64,000 nt of DNA from Crocinitomicaceae bacterium. GTDB lineage: Bacteria; Bacteroidota; Bacteroidia; Flavobacteriales_D; Crocinitomicaceae. The notes beneath the pieces were generated by a model. That model was not told the DNA's origin, did not search any database, and saw nothing but the letters and a program-made list of their open reading frames with translations. The stretch covers positions 1,061 through 65,060 of the forward strand of contig JAQWHI010000012.1 of the NCBI GenBank assembly GCA_029249445.1, given 5' to 3'. Of this stretch, positions 17,860 to 28,938 are shown in pieces. How positions within the stretch are numbered: the first letter of the stretch is position 1; the number at the start of each line of letters is the position of its first letter. The translations under genes were made by a program, and so were the position numbers.

Positions 17860-20220
17860 ATGTACGTAATTAAGAGAGACGGAAGAAAAGAAGCTGTGAA
17901 GTTCGATAAGATCACAGCACGGATTGTTAAAATGTGTTATGGGTTGGACCCATTGGTATCACCAGAGGCGGTGGCAATGAAAGTCATTGAAGGGCTTTTT
18001 GATGGCGTAACAACAACACAACTTGACAATCTTGCAGCAGAGGTGGCGGCAGCAAAAACGATTGATCACCCAGATTACGCCCTGTTGGCCTCTCGAATCG
18101 CTGTTTCAAATTTGCATAAAGAAACGAAAAAGACTTTTTCGGAGGTGATGACGGATATGCACAATTACATTGACCCAAAAACGGGAGAAAATGCCTCACT
18201 TGTTGCAGATGATGTATATAGTGTGATTATGGAAAACAAGGATCGTTTAGATTCGAGCATCATTTACGATAGAGACTTCAGATACGATTATTTTGGTTTT
18301 AAAACGTTGACGCGCTCGTATCTCATGAAGTTGAATGGAATGATAGCTGAACGGCCTCAGCAAATGTTGATGCGTGTATCTGTTGGTATTCACAAGGAAG
18401 ATATTGATTCGGCAATTAAAACGTATAATTTAATGTCTGAGGGTTGGTTCACCCATGCAACACCGACATTGTTTAATTCAGGGACACCAAAACCTCAAAT
18501 GTCTTCTTGCTTCTTGTTAACAATGAAGGAAGATAGTATTTCAGGTATTTACGACACGCTCAAGCAATGTGCTCAAATTTCACAATCAGCTGGAGGTATT
18601 GGACTAGCAATGCACAACATTCGCGCAACAGGCTCGTATATTAAAGGAACAAATGGAGCATCGAACGGAATTGTTCCAATGCTCAGAGTATTCAACGACA
18701 CAGCGCGATACGTCGATCAAGGAGGAGGGAAGCGTAAAGGCTCTTTTGCAATGTATCTTGAGCCATGGCATGCGGATATCTTTGATTTCTTGGACCTGAA
18801 AAAGAACCATGGTAAAGAAGAACAACGTGCGCGTGATTTATTTTACGCATTGTGGATTCCAGATTTGTTTATGAAGCGTGTAAAAGAAAATGGAGATTGG
18901 ACACTTATGTGCCCGCACGAGTGCCCAGGTCTTTCAGATACACACAGTGCAGAATTCGAGAAGCTGTATTTGTCCTATGAGTCAGAAGGAAAAGGAAGAA
19001 AAACAATCAAAGCCCAAGATCTTTGGTTTAAAATTCTTGAATCTCAAATTGAGACAGGAACCCCGTATATGCTCTATAAAGATTCAGCAAATGCGAAATC
19101 GAACCAACAGAATCTTGGAACAATAAAGTCATCAAATCTGTGTACGGAAATTATAGAATACACAGCACCGGATGAGGTTGCGGTGTGTAATTTAGCTTCG
19201 TTGGCTTTACCAAAGTATGTTACGGAAGATGGTGTTTTCGATCACGATAAATTATTTGAGGTAACGTACCAGGCGACATTGAACTTGAATAAAATCATTG
19301 ATGGGAATTATTATCCTGTTGAAGAAGCCAGAAATTCAAACATGCGCCATCGACCTATTGGATTGGGCGTACAAGGCTTGGCTGACGCTTTTATCATGAT
19401 GGGGATGCCATTCGAATCAGATGAAGCAAGAGCGTTGAATAAAGAAGTATTCGAAACGATTTACTACGCTTCGATGACAGCGTCAAAAGACTTAGCAAAA
19501 GTTGACGGACCGTATGAAACAATCAAGGGATCGCCAGTTTCAAAAGGGGAGTTCCAGTTTGACTTGTGGAATGTTGCTCCAACAGATCGTTGGGAATGGG
19601 ATGTTTTGAAGGAAGAGGTAAAAGAGCACGGAGTTCGCAACTCACTATTGTTAGCCCCAATGCCAACAGCTTCAACGGCGCAAATCTTAGGGAACAACGA
19701 ATGTTTTGAACCATATACATCAAATATATACACACGTCGTGTATTGTCTGGAGAGTTTATCATTGTAAACAAACACTTACTGAAAGATTTGGTAAAAGAA
19801 GGTTTATGGAACAAAGAAATGCGTCAAAAAATTATGGCAGCGAATGGATCGATTCAAAACATTCAAGAAGTTCCTCAGCGTTTGAAAGAACTTTACAAAA
19901 CAGCATGGGAAATATCTCAAAAAGCAATCATTGACCAAGCAGCTGACAGAGGAGCCTATATTTGTCAATCGCAATCGCTCAATATTTTCATGGAAAATGC
20001 CAATTTTGGTAAGTTGACTTCTATGCATTTCTATGGTTGGGAGAAAGGATTAAAAACAGGAATGTATTATTTGCGTACGAAAGCGGCGACGGATGCAATC
20101 AAGTTTACAATCGACAAAGCAGCGATTCAAGAGCCAACAGTTAAGTCAATTGAGGAGGCACAAGAAGAGGTAGCTTGTTCTTTGGACAATCCTGATGACT
20201 GTGAGGCTTGTGGAAGCTAG
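17860..20220 (+). CDS. nrdA: ribonucleoside-diphosphate reductase subunit alpha (class Ia R1)
   Basis: ATP-cone start [18 protein letters not shown], the catalytic SNLCTEI motif, [15 protein letters not shown], and a C-terminal Cys pair (CEAC). Start placed at the ATG at 17860. The track ORF opens at a GTG at 17818. Confidence 0.95.
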   Translation: MYVIKRDGRKEAVKFDKITARIVKMCYGLDPLVSPEAVAMKVIEGLFDGVTTTQLDNLAAEVAAAKTIDHPDYALLASRIAVSNLHKETKKTFSEVMTDMHNYIDPKTGENASLVADDVYSVIMENKDRLDSSIIYDRDFRYDYFGFKTLTRSYLMKLNGMIAERPQQMLMRVSVGIHKEDIDSAIKTYNLMSEGWFTHATPTLFNSGTPKPQMSSCFLLTMKEDSISGIYDTLKQCAQISQSAGGIGLAMHNIRATGSYIKGTNGASNGIVPMLRVFNDTARYVDQGGGKRKGSFAMYLEPWHADIFDFLDLKKNHGKEEQRARDLFYALWIPDLFMKRVKENGDWTLMCPHECPGLSDTHSAEFEKLYLSYESEGKGRKTIKAQDLWFKILESQIETGTPYMLYKDSANAKSNQQNLGTIKSSNLCTEIIEYTAPDEVAVCNLASLALPKYVTEDGVFDHDKLFEVTYQATLNLNKIIDGNYYPVEEARNSNMRHRPIGLGVQGLADAFIMMGMPFESDEARALNKEVFETIYYASMTASKDLAKVDGPYETIKGSPVSKGEFQFDLWNVAPTDRWEWDVLKEEVKEHGVRNSLLLAPMPTASTAQILGNNECFEPYTSNIYTRRVLSGEFIIVNKHLLKDLVKEGLWNKEMRQKIMAANGSIQNIQEVPQRLKELYKTAWEISQKAIIDQAADRGAYICQSQSLNIFMENANFGKLTSMHFYGWEKGLKTGMYYLRTKAATDAIKFTIDKAAIQEPTVKSIEEAQEEVACSLDNPDDCEACGS

Positions 20221-20281
20221 ATCAATAGTATCTATACGTATAAAACATATAGAATGTATTTCTTGCATTAATTAAGAGATG

Positions 20282-20314
20282 AAAACCCTGACATATTTGT
20301 TAGGGTTTTCTTTT
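20282..20314 (+). terminator. rho-independent terminator after nrdA
   Basis: AAAACCCTGACA / TGTTAGGGTTTT form a 12-bp stem with one G-U pair and a TATT loop. CTTTT follows. Confidence 0.7.
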
Positions 20315-20346
20315 ATAATAAAGTCCAAGAGTGAGGGGAAACCTAT

Positions 20347-20937
20347 TTAGGTTGATGTAGACGCACTGTTTTTGAGTTCGCTATCAACGGCTTCTAGTTC
20401 CTGGAAAAATGGAGCGCCAAAAGCCCGAATGATTGGTTCTTTAAGAAATTTATATACGGGCACCGCTAGGTGCTCACCGAGCGCACAGGCGTCTGAACAA
20501 ATACTCCATCTGTCGTAATTAAGTGCTTTTACGTTCTTGAATTGTTTTATCCGTATCGGGTATAGATGACAAGAAATAGGCTTCTTAAAATCAGTTTTAC
20601 CTTCCTTATTTGCTTTTTCGATTGCGCACTTTGTTGTGCCGTTGGCATCGAAATAAACGAAAGCACACTCTGCTCCATTAACAAGAGAAGTGACAGGTTC
20701 ATTTTCTTGGTCCATATAAAACACCCCATTTTTATCGACAACATCAATTCCTTCTTGCCTCATGAATGGTTTGATGTTAATAAGGTCATCCTCTAAGATC
20801 GAAACTTCTTCTACTGTTAGCGGTGCTCCTGCATCCCCCTCGATACAACAGGCGCCTTTACAGGCGTTTAAATCGCATACAAACTCTTGTTTGAAAAGTT
20901 GGGTCGATACGATTTTATCTCCGATTTCTACAAGCAT
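20347..20937 (-). CDS. DUF3109-family Cys-rich protein
   Basis: MLVEIGDKIVSTQLFKQEFVCDLNACKGACCIEGDAGAPL matches my recollection of the conserved DUF3109 N-terminus. More conserved Cys residues lie downstream. Confidence 0.75.
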   Translation of the reverse strand: MLVEIGDKIVSTQLFKQEFVCDLNACKGACCIEGDAGAPLTVEEVSILEDDLINIKPFMRQEGIDVVDKNGVFYMDQENEPVTSLVNGAECAFVYFDANGTTKCAIEKANKEGKTDFKKPISCHLYPIRIKQFKNVKALNYDRWSICSDACALGEHLAVPVYKFLKEPIIRAFGAPFFQELEAVDSELKNSASTST

Positions 20938-21031
20938 GATGTAAAGGTGAAAAAAAGAATTTAATCCAGCTACATCGAGTGATGATTAATCCACTTTAAC
21001 GGGCGTTCATACCAGATTTAAATAAAAGTGC

Positions 21032-21039
21032 TATATTTG
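21032..21039 (+). promoter_or_regulatory. -7 promoter box (TATATTTG) for rimP-nusA-infB
   Basis: Exact TAnnTTTG match 61 nt upstream of the rimP ATG. Confidence 0.5.
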
Positions 21040-21068
21040 CACTATTCAATTTATGGATTAATACAAAT

Positions 21069-21093
21069 GAGGGGACGAAAGTCCCCTCTTTTT
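21069..21093 (+). terminator. leader hairpin plus U-tract (terminator/attenuator-like) immediately upstream of rimP
   Basis: GAGGGGAC-GAAA-GTCCCCTC forms a perfect 8-bp GC-rich stem with a GAAA tetraloop, followed by TTTTT. It ends 8 nt before the rimP ATG. No plus-strand gene lies upstream for it to terminate. Confidence 0.6.
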
Positions 21094-21100
21094 ATAGCCA

Positions 21101-21577
21101 ATGATTAGTAAAAAGAAAGTTGCAGGATTGATAAAGGAACGCATTGAAGAGCTAGATAATGGTCTGTTTATTGTGAGCTTATCTATTTCACCAGCAAATG
21201 CGATTTACGTTGAAATTGACAAGTACGAAGGCAATGTAAGTATGAGCGATTGCATGTCCGTATCAAGAAATGTAGAGCACAATCTGGATCGTGAAAGCGA
21301 AGATTTTGCGTTGCACGTTTCATCTGCTGGGCTAGATAAAGGTCTTCGAGTATTGCCTCAGTACACAAAAAACATTGGGCGCAAAGTAAAAGTGAAGCTG
21401 AATGAGGGAGGATCTCTTGAAGGAGAATTAACTCAGGCGTCACATGAAAGAATTACAGTTCAAACTTCTAGGAAGGAACGCATAGAAGGAAGAAAGAAAA
21501 AGGAAACAATCATCGAAAACCACGAGTTGACGATGGACAAAATAAAAGAGACAAAAATTATTATCTCATTCAAGTAA
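21101..21577 (+). CDS. rimP: ribosome maturation factor RimP
   Basis: 158 aa, positioned directly before nusA, with a typical RimP N-terminus (...IEELDNGLFIVSLSISPANAIYVEID...). Confidence 0.85.
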   Translation: MISKKKVAGLIKERIEELDNGLFIVSLSISPANAIYVEIDKYEGNVSMSDCMSVSRNVEHNLDRESEDFALHVSSAGLDKGLRVLPQYTKNIGRKVKVKLNEGGSLEGELTQASHERITVQTSRKERIEGRKKKETIIENHELTMDKIKETKIIISFK

Positions 21578-21591
21578 AATAGAAATAGATT

Positions 21592-22827
21592 ATGGATAGC
21601 TTAGAGTTGGTAGATTCGTTTTCGGAATTTAAAGAGTTAAAAAACATTGATAAGCAAACAATGCAACATGTCTTGGAGGATGTGTTTCGCGCAATGTTGA
21701 AAAAGAAGTTCAATACTGATGAGCACATTGATGTGATTGTAAATATTGACAAAGGAGATGTTCAAATTTTCTTAAACAAGGAAATCGTTGATGACGGTGA
21801 GGTGGAAGACCCGAATACCGAAATAGCGTTGTCAAATGCAATAAAAATTGAGCCAGATTTTGAAATAGGTGAAGAAGTAACTGAAGAATTCAAATTTGTT
21901 GATTTTGGTAGAAGAAATATCCTTTCGCTTCGTCAAAATTTGATTTCTAGAATCATGGAACTTGAAAAAGACCATTTATATAAATTGTACAAAGAGCGCA
22001 TTGGAGACATCATCACCGGGGAGGTATACCAAGTTTGGAAAAAAGAGATCATGGTCATTGATGATGAGGGCAATGAGTTAATTCTTCCAAAGTCAGAACA
22101 AATCCCATCGGATTATTTTAAGAAAGGAGAATCCATTCGTGCCGTTGTCGCAAAAGTAGACATGCGCAATAGCAGTCCAGTCATTATTTTGTCACGAACG
22201 GCACCAGAGTTCTTGGAACGCTTATTTGAGCTTGAAGTTCCAGAGGTGTTTGATGGACTGATTACAATAAAACGAATTGTTCGTGAGCCAGGAGAAAGAG
22301 CAAAAGTAGCTGTAGAATCCTACGATGACCGTGTCGATCCTGTTGGGGCTTGTGTCGGAATGAAAGGTTCGCGTATTCATGGAATTGTTCGTGAGCTTAG
22401 AAACGAAAATATTGACGTAATTAATTTCACGTCGAATCCTCAGTTATTTATTCAAAGAGCGTTATCGCCCGCAAAAATTTCATCGATAGAGATTGATGAA
22501 GAAGATGGAAGGGCTAAAGTATTTTTAAAGCCGGATCAAGTTTCATTAGCAATTGGTAAAGGGGGACACAACATTAAACTTGGTGGTCGTTTGACAGGTT
22601 ATGAACTTGATGTATACAGAGAGGGAGAGGTAGATATCGAAGATGTAGATCTCGAAGAATTTGCAGATGAAATCGATAGCTGGATTCTCGATGAATTAAA
22701 AGCAATTGGCTGTGATACAGCGAAAGCGGTTTTAGCAATTTCGGTTGAAGATATGACGAAAAGAACAGATTTAGAAGAAGAAACAATTCAAGAAGTGTTT
22801 AAAATACTCAACGCTGAATTTGAGTAA
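21592..22827 (+). CDS. nusA: transcription termination/antitermination factor NusA
   Basis: The S1 domain (GDIITGEVYQVWKKEIMV) and KH domains (VGACVGMKGSRIHGIVRELRNENIDVI; LAIGKGGHNIKL) follow the NusA pattern. Confidence 0.95.
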   Translation: MDSLELVDSFSEFKELKNIDKQTMQHVLEDVFRAMLKKKFNTDEHIDVIVNIDKGDVQIFLNKEIVDDGEVEDPNTEIALSNAIKIEPDFEIGEEVTEEFKFVDFGRRNILSLRQNLISRIMELEKDHLYKLYKERIGDIITGEVYQVWKKEIMVIDDEGNELILPKSEQIPSDYFKKGESIRAVVAKVDMRNSSPVIILSRTAPEFLERLFELEVPEVFDGLITIKRIVREPGERAKVAVESYDDRVDPVGACVGMKGSRIHGIVRELRNENIDVINFTSNPQLFIQRALSPAKISSIEIDEEDGRAKVFLKPDQVSLAIGKGGHNIKLGGRLTGYELDVYREGEVDIEDVDLEEFADEIDSWILDELKAIGCDTAKAVLAISVEDMTKRTDLEEETIQEVFKILNAEFE

Positions 22828-22891
22828 ACTCGGCACAAAACAGTATATTTAGCACGATTTAAAAGAACAATCTAAGGACGCATAATAGAAT

Positions 22892-25591
22892 ATGGCCAGA
22901 CCAATAAGACTAGGAAAAGCAGCAGGTGAATTAAATGTGGGCATGACTACCCTTGTTGAATTCCTTGAAAGCAAAGGGGTAACAATTGATGGTAGCCCGA
23001 ACACAAAGCTTGCACCGGAACAATATGAAATGTTGCGGACGGAGTTTGCTGCGGACCAAAATCTCAAGGAGCAAGCAAAAATGTCAACTACTACTGTAGA
23101 GAAGCGCGAGACAATATCTTTAAGGGATAAAAAAGAAGACGAGCCAGCTGTGTCATTAGATGAAGCTATAGAGCCGCTGCAGGAAGCCTCTGTGCCAGCG
23201 CCCTCTGTAGAACCGGAGTCAGAACCAATACAGGAAAAGCAGCTAGAACCAGAAGAGGTTGTAGCTACGGAAGCAAGTGTTGAAGAAGAAAAACCGGAAG
23301 TTGAAGAAAAGGTAGATAAGAAATTAGCTTCTGAAGATGTAAAGGTGAAAATGGTTGGGAAAATCGATTTGGATTCAATCAACTCTAAAACACGTCCTGA
23401 CAAAAAAGAAACAGTAAAAAAGCCGAAGCAAGAAAAGGCACCAAGTACAGGTGCTAATGATCCCGTGAAGGAGCCTGAAACGATCCGTGTTCAGCGTACT
23501 AAGTTGACGGGACCAAATGTTGTTGGTAAAATTGAACTTCCAGTTGAAAAGCCAAAAACGAGTGGGGGAACATCACAAGGAGAACGAAGAAAAAGAAAAC
23601 GTGTCCGCAAAGTTGATGTCAACAAACAAGCGCAGCAAAATAGAAGTGCTGCAGGGAAGAAAAAAGGCAGAGTAGACAAGCCTGAGATTACAGAGCAGGA
23701 TATCCAAAAGGAAATTAAAGAGACGCTTGCACGTTTATCCAACAAAGGAGGGAAGTCTAAAGCATCAAAAAATAGAAGGGCAAAAAGAGAAACAGCATCT
23801 CAGAAACGAGAAGCGGAAGAAATCCTTGCTGCTTACGATGAGAAAATCTTGAAATTGACAGAGTTCGTATCAGTTTCTGAATTGGCAACAATGATGAGTC
23901 TAAGTTCTACGGACGTCATTTCAGCTTGTATGTCCCTTGGAATATTTGTTTCAATTAATCAGCGTTTGGATGCTGAGACCATTCAAATTATTGCAGAGGA
24001 ATTCGGATATGAAGCAGAATTCGTCAGTGCGGAAGTTCAAGAATCAATACCTGTTGTTGAAGACAAAGAAGAGGACTTGATTTCACGTCCGCCAATTATT
24101 ACTGTAATGGGTCACGTAGATCATGGTAAAACGTCTTTGCTTGATAGAATTCGTGATGCGGATGTTATTGCAGGCGAGGCCGGAGGAATTACTCAGCACA
24201 TTGGTGCCTATAATGTAACATTGTCAGACGATCGAAAAATGACATTCCTTGATACACCGGGTCACGAAGCCTTTACAGCGATGCGTGCGCGTGGAGCTCA
24301 AGTTACTGATGTTGCTGTTATTATTATTGCAGCAGATGATGATGTGATGCCTCAAACAAAGGAAGCAATTTCTCATGCTCAAGCGGCTGAAGTTCCTATG
24401 GTATTCGCAATTAATAAGATTGACACGCCTGGAGCAAATCCTGATAAGATTAAAGAACAACTTTCCACGATGAATATCTTGGTGGAAGATTGGGGAGGTA
24501 AATACCAATGTCAAGAAATCTCTGCGAAAAAGAACTTGAACATTGATGAATTATTAGAAAAAATATTACTAGAGGCTGAGCTTTTAGATTTGAAAGCGAA
24601 TCCAAATAAAAATGCAGTAGGAACTGTAATTGAATCTTCTCTCGATAAAGGGAAAGGTTATGTAACAAACATGCTTGTCGAAGCTGGTACACTTAGAGTT
24701 GGTGATGTTGTTTTGGTAGGGCGAAATCACGGAAAGGTGAGAGCCATGCACGATGAGCACGGAAAATCAATGAATGAAGTAGGACCCGCAATGCCTGTTT
24801 CGATTCTTGGAATCAACGGAGCACCCTCAGCGGGTGACAAATTCCATATCATGGACGATGAGCGTGAAGCAAAATCAATTGCAACAAAGCGTGAGCAGCT
24901 CTATCGTGAGCAGGGTCTTCGAACCAATAAGCACATTACTTTAGATGAAATCGGTCGTCGTTTGGCAGTTGGAGATTTCAAGGAATTGAACTTGATTGTT
25001 AAGGGTGATGTGGATGGATCGATTGAAGCACTCTCAGATTCTTTATTGAGACTTTCAACAGAAGAGATTCAAGTAAATATTGTTCACAAAGGAGTGGGAG
25101 CAATTTCTGAAGCGGATGTTAACTTAGCCTCTGCCTCAGATGCAATCATCTTAGGCTTCCAGGTGCGACCTTCTGTGTCTTCGAGAAAACTTGCCGAAGC
25201 TGAACAAATAGATATACGCTTGTATTCGGTTATTTACAAGGCGATTGAAGAAATTAAAGCAGCGATGGAAGGAATGCTTTCTCCGGACGTTGTTGAAGAA
25301 ATTATAGGAACTGCTGAAATCAGAGAAACATTCAATATCTCTAAGGTTGGAACAATTGCAGGATGTTACGTAACCTCAGGAATGATCAAACGCTCTTCGA
25401 AAATCAGGATCATTCGTGATGGAATTGTTATTCATACGGGAGAGCTTGGGTCATTGAAACGATTCAAAGACGATGTAAAAGAAGTGAAGAACAATTACGA
25501 ATGCGGATTAAATATTGAGCGATACAATGACATCAAAGAAGGTGATGTTGTTGAAGCATACGAAGAAAAAGAAGTGGCTAGAAAGCTTTAA
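22892..25591 (+). CDS. infB: translation initiation factor IF-2
   Basis: N-terminal [25 protein letters not shown], a low-complexity E/K/P linker, the GTPase motifs [17 protein letters not shown] and NKID, and C-terminal beta-barrel domains. Confidence 0.95.
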   Translation: MARPIRLGKAAGELNVGMTTLVEFLESKGVTIDGSPNTKLAPEQYEMLRTEFAADQNLKEQAKMSTTTVEKRETISLRDKKEDEPAVSLDEAIEPLQEASVPAPSVEPESEPIQEKQLEPEEVVATEASVEEEKPEVEEKVDKKLASEDVKVKMVGKIDLDSINSKTRPDKKETVKKPKQEKAPSTGANDPVKEPETIRVQRTKLTGPNVVGKIELPVEKPKTSGGTSQGERRKRKRVRKVDVNKQAQQNRSAAGKKKGRVDKPEITEQDIQKEIKETLARLSNKGGKSKASKNRRAKRETASQKREAEEILAAYDEKILKLTEFVSVSELATMMSLSSTDVISACMSLGIFVSINQRLDAETIQIIAEEFGYEAEFVSAEVQESIPVVEDKEEDLISRPPIITVMGHVDHGKTSLLDRIRDADVIAGEAGGITQHIGAYNVTLSDDRKMTFLDTPGHEAFTAMRARGAQVTDVAVIIIAADDDVMPQTKEAISHAQAAEVPMVFAINKIDTPGANPDKIKEQLSTMNILVEDWGGKYQCQEISAKKNLNIDELLEKILLEAELLDLKANPNKNAVGTVIESSLDKGKGYVTNMLVEAGTLRVGDVVLVGRNHGKVRAMHDEHGKSMNEVGPAMPVSILGINGAPSAGDKFHIMDDEREAKSIATKREQLYREQGLRTNKHITLDEIGRRLAVGDFKELNLIVKGDVDGSIEALSDSLLRLSTEEIQVNIVHKGVGAISEADVNLASASDAIILGFQVRPSVSSRKLAEAEQIDIRLYSVIYKAIEEIKAAMEGMLSPDVVEEIIGTAEIRETFNISKVGTIAGCYVTSGMIKRSSKIRIIRDGIVIHTGELGSLKRFKDDVKEVKNNYECGLNIERYNDIKEGDVVEAYEEKEVARKL

Positions 25592-25608
25592 TTCACCGTG
25601 AAGAAATA

Positions 25609-25643
25609 AAAACCCAAGCCATTGGCTGGGGTTTTTTGTTTTT
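25609..25643 (+). terminator. rho-independent terminator after infB
   Basis: AAAACCCAAGCC-ATT-GGCTGGGGTTTT has one mismatch and is followed by TTGTTTTT. Confidence 0.75.
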
Positions 25644-25804
25644 AAACCTTCCAAAAATTATCGGTTTGTCATAGAAATGTAATGCTGAATGATGTTTAAT
25701 TGTCAATTTACAGGTCTTTGTCATTCCAGCGTCATCAATAAATTGTATTTCAAAAAAATTAACAGAAACCCAAACGCTTACAAAGATTTTTGGTGATAAA
25801 TAAG

Positions 25805-25812
25805 TACCTTTG
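25805..25812 (+). promoter_or_regulatory. -7 promoter box (TACCTTTG) for tatA-gatA
   Basis: Exact TAnnTTTG match 22 nt upstream of the ATG at 25835. Confidence 0.45.
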
Positions 25813-25834
25813 TTTTAACTCAAAAACAGAAAAG

Positions 25835-26017
25835 ATGATATTAGGAGTGTTCGGTCCTTGGCAAGTAATAGCAATTTTAGTAGTTGCTCTTCTTTTATTC
25901 GGCGGAAAAAAAATTCCAGAATTAATGAAAGGCCTTGGTAAAGGAGTTAAAGAATTCAAAGACGCATCGCAACCGGAAGATTCTGAGACAACAGGGGGTT
26001 CTGAAGAAAAGAAATAG
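25835..26017 (+). CDS. tatA: twin-arginine translocase TatA/TatE family subunit
   Basis: [42 protein letters not shown] is the TatA TM helix plus amphipathic helix signature. Start moved to the internal ATG downstream of the promoter box. Confidence 0.85.
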   Translation: MILGVFGPWQVIAILVVALLLFGGKKIPELMKGLGKGVKEFKDASQPEDSETTGGSEEKK

Positions 26018-26022
26018 ATATA

Positions 26023-27444
26023 ATGTTGCGTACCTTTGCTGATGTAAAGAATTCGATTTCTGCTGGAGACACTGTTACAGATGTCCTTGAAGGGTACCTT
26101 ACAGCTATAAAATCAAATGAACACCTCAATGCGTTCCTTGAAGTTTTTGAGGATTCTGCGAGGAAACAAGCCCAGATTATTGATCAAAAAGTGAAAGATG
26201 GTTCTGCCGGACGGTTGGCGGGAATGGTTATCGGTTTGAAAGACAATTTGTGTTTCAAAGATCATAAAGTATCTGCAGCCTCTAAAATATTAGACGGTTT
26301 TGAGTCACTTTACACAGCAACTGCAGTTCAACGTTTGTTAGATCAAGATGCAATTATTATTGGACGATTGAATTGTGATGAATTCGCAATGGGAAGTTCG
26401 AACGAAAATTCATCTTTTGGACCTGTGCTCAATTCAAAGAATATCAATTGTGTTCCTGGAGGGTCATCAGGCGGTTCAGCTTCTGCCGTGGCTACCGGCT
26501 TATGTACTGCTGCTCTTGGGAGCGATACAGGAGGGTCGATTCGTCAGCCCGCCTCTTTCACTGGGACGTATGGAGTAAAGCCGTCTTATGGTCGTATAAG
26601 TCGTTATGGGCTCATTGCATATGCTTCTTCTTTTGATCAAATCGGACCATTTACAAATGATATTGAAGATGCAGCATTACTCACTGAGATTATGGCTGGA
26701 GAAGATGTGTTCGACGCTACAACTTTGTCACAGAATGTTGAAAATTATTCAACGCCCGGAGAAGAACGCAAAAACCTGAAGGTTGCAGTGATCAAAGAGA
26801 GTTTTGAATTGGAGGGAACGGATCCTGAAATTAAAGCACAACTCGAAGAGATAATGACAAAGCTTTCAGCAGATGGGCATAGCGTTGAAAAAGTTTCTTT
26901 TCCATATTTGGATTATATGGTTCCGACCTACTATGTGCTCACTACAGCTGAGGCATCATCGAATTTATCACGTTTTGATGGAGTCCATTTTGGGCATAGA
27001 AGCCAAGGAGCAAAAGGAGTTGAAGAAACATATAAAAAATCGCGTTCGGAAGGTTTTGGGCCTGAAGTAAAGCGTCGGATTATGGCAGGTACATTTGTTC
27101 TTTCTCACGGATATTATGATGCCTATTATACAAAAGGGCAAAAGGTAAGACGAGTGCTGCAAAATAAGACAGATGAAATTTTCAAATCGTATGATTTCAT
27201 CATTCTTCCAACAACACCAACAACAGCTTTTGAACTAAATGCTGTTTCGGATCCGATCTCAATGTATTTGCAAGACATTTACACAGTACACGCAAATTTG
27301 ACTGGAAATCCAGCAATATCGCTTCCTCTTGGGAAGCATAGTAATGGTATGCCTTTTGGAGTGCAGGTTATCGCAGATCATTACAAGGAAAAAGAGATGT
27401 TTGATTTTTCAAGACAATTGGAAAAAATAGTAGAAAACGGATGA
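26023..27444 (+). CDS. gatA: Asp-tRNA(Asn)/Glu-tRNA(Gln) amidotransferase subunit A
   Basis: Amidase signature GGSSGGSASAVA...GSDTGGSIRQPASF and a 473-aa length. Confidence 0.95.
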   Translation: MLRTFADVKNSISAGDTVTDVLEGYLTAIKSNEHLNAFLEVFEDSARKQAQIIDQKVKDGSAGRLAGMVIGLKDNLCFKDHKVSAASKILDGFESLYTATAVQRLLDQDAIIIGRLNCDEFAMGSSNENSSFGPVLNSKNINCVPGGSSGGSASAVATGLCTAALGSDTGGSIRQPASFTGTYGVKPSYGRISRYGLIAYASSFDQIGPFTNDIEDAALLTEIMAGEDVFDATTLSQNVENYSTPGEERKNLKVAVIKESFELEGTDPEIKAQLEEIMTKLSADGHSVEKVSFPYLDYMVPTYYVLTTAEASSNLSRFDGVHFGHRSQGAKGVEETYKKSRSEGFGPEVKRRIMAGTFVLSHGYYDAYYTKGQKVRRVLQNKTDEIFKSYDFIILPTTPTTAFELNAVSDPISMYLQDIYTVHANLTGNPAISLPLGKHSNGMPFGVQVIADHYKEKEMFDFSRQLEKIVENG

Positions 27445-28895
27445 AGGCATTGGTGATAAGTACAGTCGTTTGTTTGTCTTTTGGGTTACTAGCTCAAGAT
27501 GACTGGACAGCTGATGACAGTATCAAAGGACAGCGCATGATCGAAACGATCGAGCAAAGTCTCATGCACTTCTATCAAGACCATGCACCGAGAGGAAATT
27601 ATGATTCGATTATTGAACTCCTTGAAGCAGAAACAGCAGAGATGCCGACTTTTTCAGATTCGGTGTATTGTGAGCGCTTAAATAAGATGAATGAAATGAG
27701 CCCATTTCATTTGGACTGCAATCAGCATACATTAAAAACAATAAAGTTTTTTGTTGAAAAAAGACGTGGGTTTTCTCGGGTTGTGCTCGGAAGATCAGCG
27801 TTGTATTTTGATATGTATGAAGAAAAGTTGGCCAAGCACGATATGCCAATAGAGTTGAAGTACTTGTCTGTTATCGAAAGTGGGCTTCGTCCACAAGTAA
27901 AATCTAGGGCAGGAGCACTCGGTTTGTGGCAATTCATGTACCGAACGGGTCGCATGATGGGGTTAAAAGAGAATTCTTACATCGACGAGCGCATGGACCC
28001 TGACAAGGCCACAGAGGCGGCATGTAAGTACTTGAAGATGTTGTATGAAATGTATGACGACTGGAACCTCGCTCTGGCAGCCTACAATGCTGGCCCTGGA
28101 AATGTGAACAAAGCAATCCGTCGCTCCGGGAACAAGAAAACATATTGGGAAATTCGCCCATATTTGCCACGTGAAACACAAGGATATGTCCCCAATTTTA
28201 TTGCTGCTGCTTATTTATTAACCTATCACGTCGAGCACAATATTGTTCCTGCGGTTGCAACTGTTCGTTATGCAGAACTAGACACCATGTGTCTGTCAAG
28301 CGGGGTGCACATGGCAACAATTTCAGAACTTTTGTCCTTTGATGAGGAAGAAATTCAACGATTGAACCCAATCTACAAAAGAAATTATATTCCAAAAAAT
28401 TCGCCGAATCAATGCGTCATGTTGCCATTAGATAAAATCGGGCAACTGGTGACGTTAGAAGACAGCTTATATCGTTTGGAGTTTGAAAAATTCAAAAAAA
28501 TAAGAGAGCCAGAAATTCGCCCCACTCCAAATCCAACAACTGGAAATTCATCCAATTCGGGAACAAACTACCAGTATCACAAAGTGAAAAGTGGAGAAAC
28601 ACTCGGAACAATTGCATCTCGCTATGGAACAACAGTTCGAGAGATCCAGAGGATTAACGGTTTGGGGTCAACAAAAATTTATATTGGGCAGCGGTTGAAG
28701 GTGAAGCCTGGGGCGAAAAAGCCCACAACTCGTCCCCAAACATCCACGGTAAAAAAATACTATACCGTTCGCTCAGGCGATACCTTTGGCGGGATTGCAC
28801 AACGGCACAAAAAATCAATCTCACAGTTACGAAGATTGAACCCAAGAATTAATATCAGTCGTTTAAGTATTGGTCAAAAAATTAGAGTGAAGTAG
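27441..28895 (+). CDS. lytic transglycosylase (SLT domain) with two C-terminal LysM domains, MltD-like
   Basis: ESGLRPQVKSRAGALGLWQF...AAYNAGPGNV is the SLT catalytic region. YHKVKSGETLGTIASRYG and YTVRSGDTFGGIAQRH are LysM motifs. The 4-nt ATGA overlaps the gatA stop. Confidence 0.85.
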   Translation: MKALVISTVVCLSFGLLAQDDWTADDSIKGQRMIETIEQSLMHFYQDHAPRGNYDSIIELLEAETAEMPTFSDSVYCERLNKMNEMSPFHLDCNQHTLKTIKFFVEKRRGFSRVVLGRSALYFDMYEEKLAKHDMPIELKYLSVIESGLRPQVKSRAGALGLWQFMYRTGRMMGLKENSYIDERMDPDKATEAACKYLKMLYEMYDDWNLALAAYNAGPGNVNKAIRRSGNKKTYWEIRPYLPRETQGYVPNFIAAAYLLTYHVEHNIVPAVATVRYAELDTMCLSSGVHMATISELLSFDEEEIQRLNPIYKRNYIPKNSPNQCVMLPLDKIGQLVTLEDSLYRLEFEKFKKIREPEIRPTPNPTTGNSSNSGTNYQYHKVKSGETLGTIASRYGTTVREIQRINGLGSTKIYIGQRLKVKPGAKKPTTRPQTSTVKKYYTVRSGDTFGGIAQRHKKSISQLRRLNPRINISRLSIGQKIRVK

Positions 28896-28938
28896 TTGCT
28901 GCACGATTTTTGCTATTTTGTTCCTAAAAGCAATTTAT

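Noticed and set aside
17860-20220. Possible intein or intron insertions in nrdA (also radA and infB)
   Set aside because: The lengths (about 786, 453 and 899 aa) and continuous conserved motifs fit uninterrupted genes. I saw no Cys/Ser...HN splice-junction blocks.
22849-23403. 184-aa ORF antisense to the 5' part of infB
   Set aside because: It mirrors the low-complexity E/K/P-rich IF-2 linker. Its product is a Ser/Thr/Ala/Phe-rich string with no motifs, and it lies entirely inside a highly conserved essential gene. This is a typical shadow ORF.
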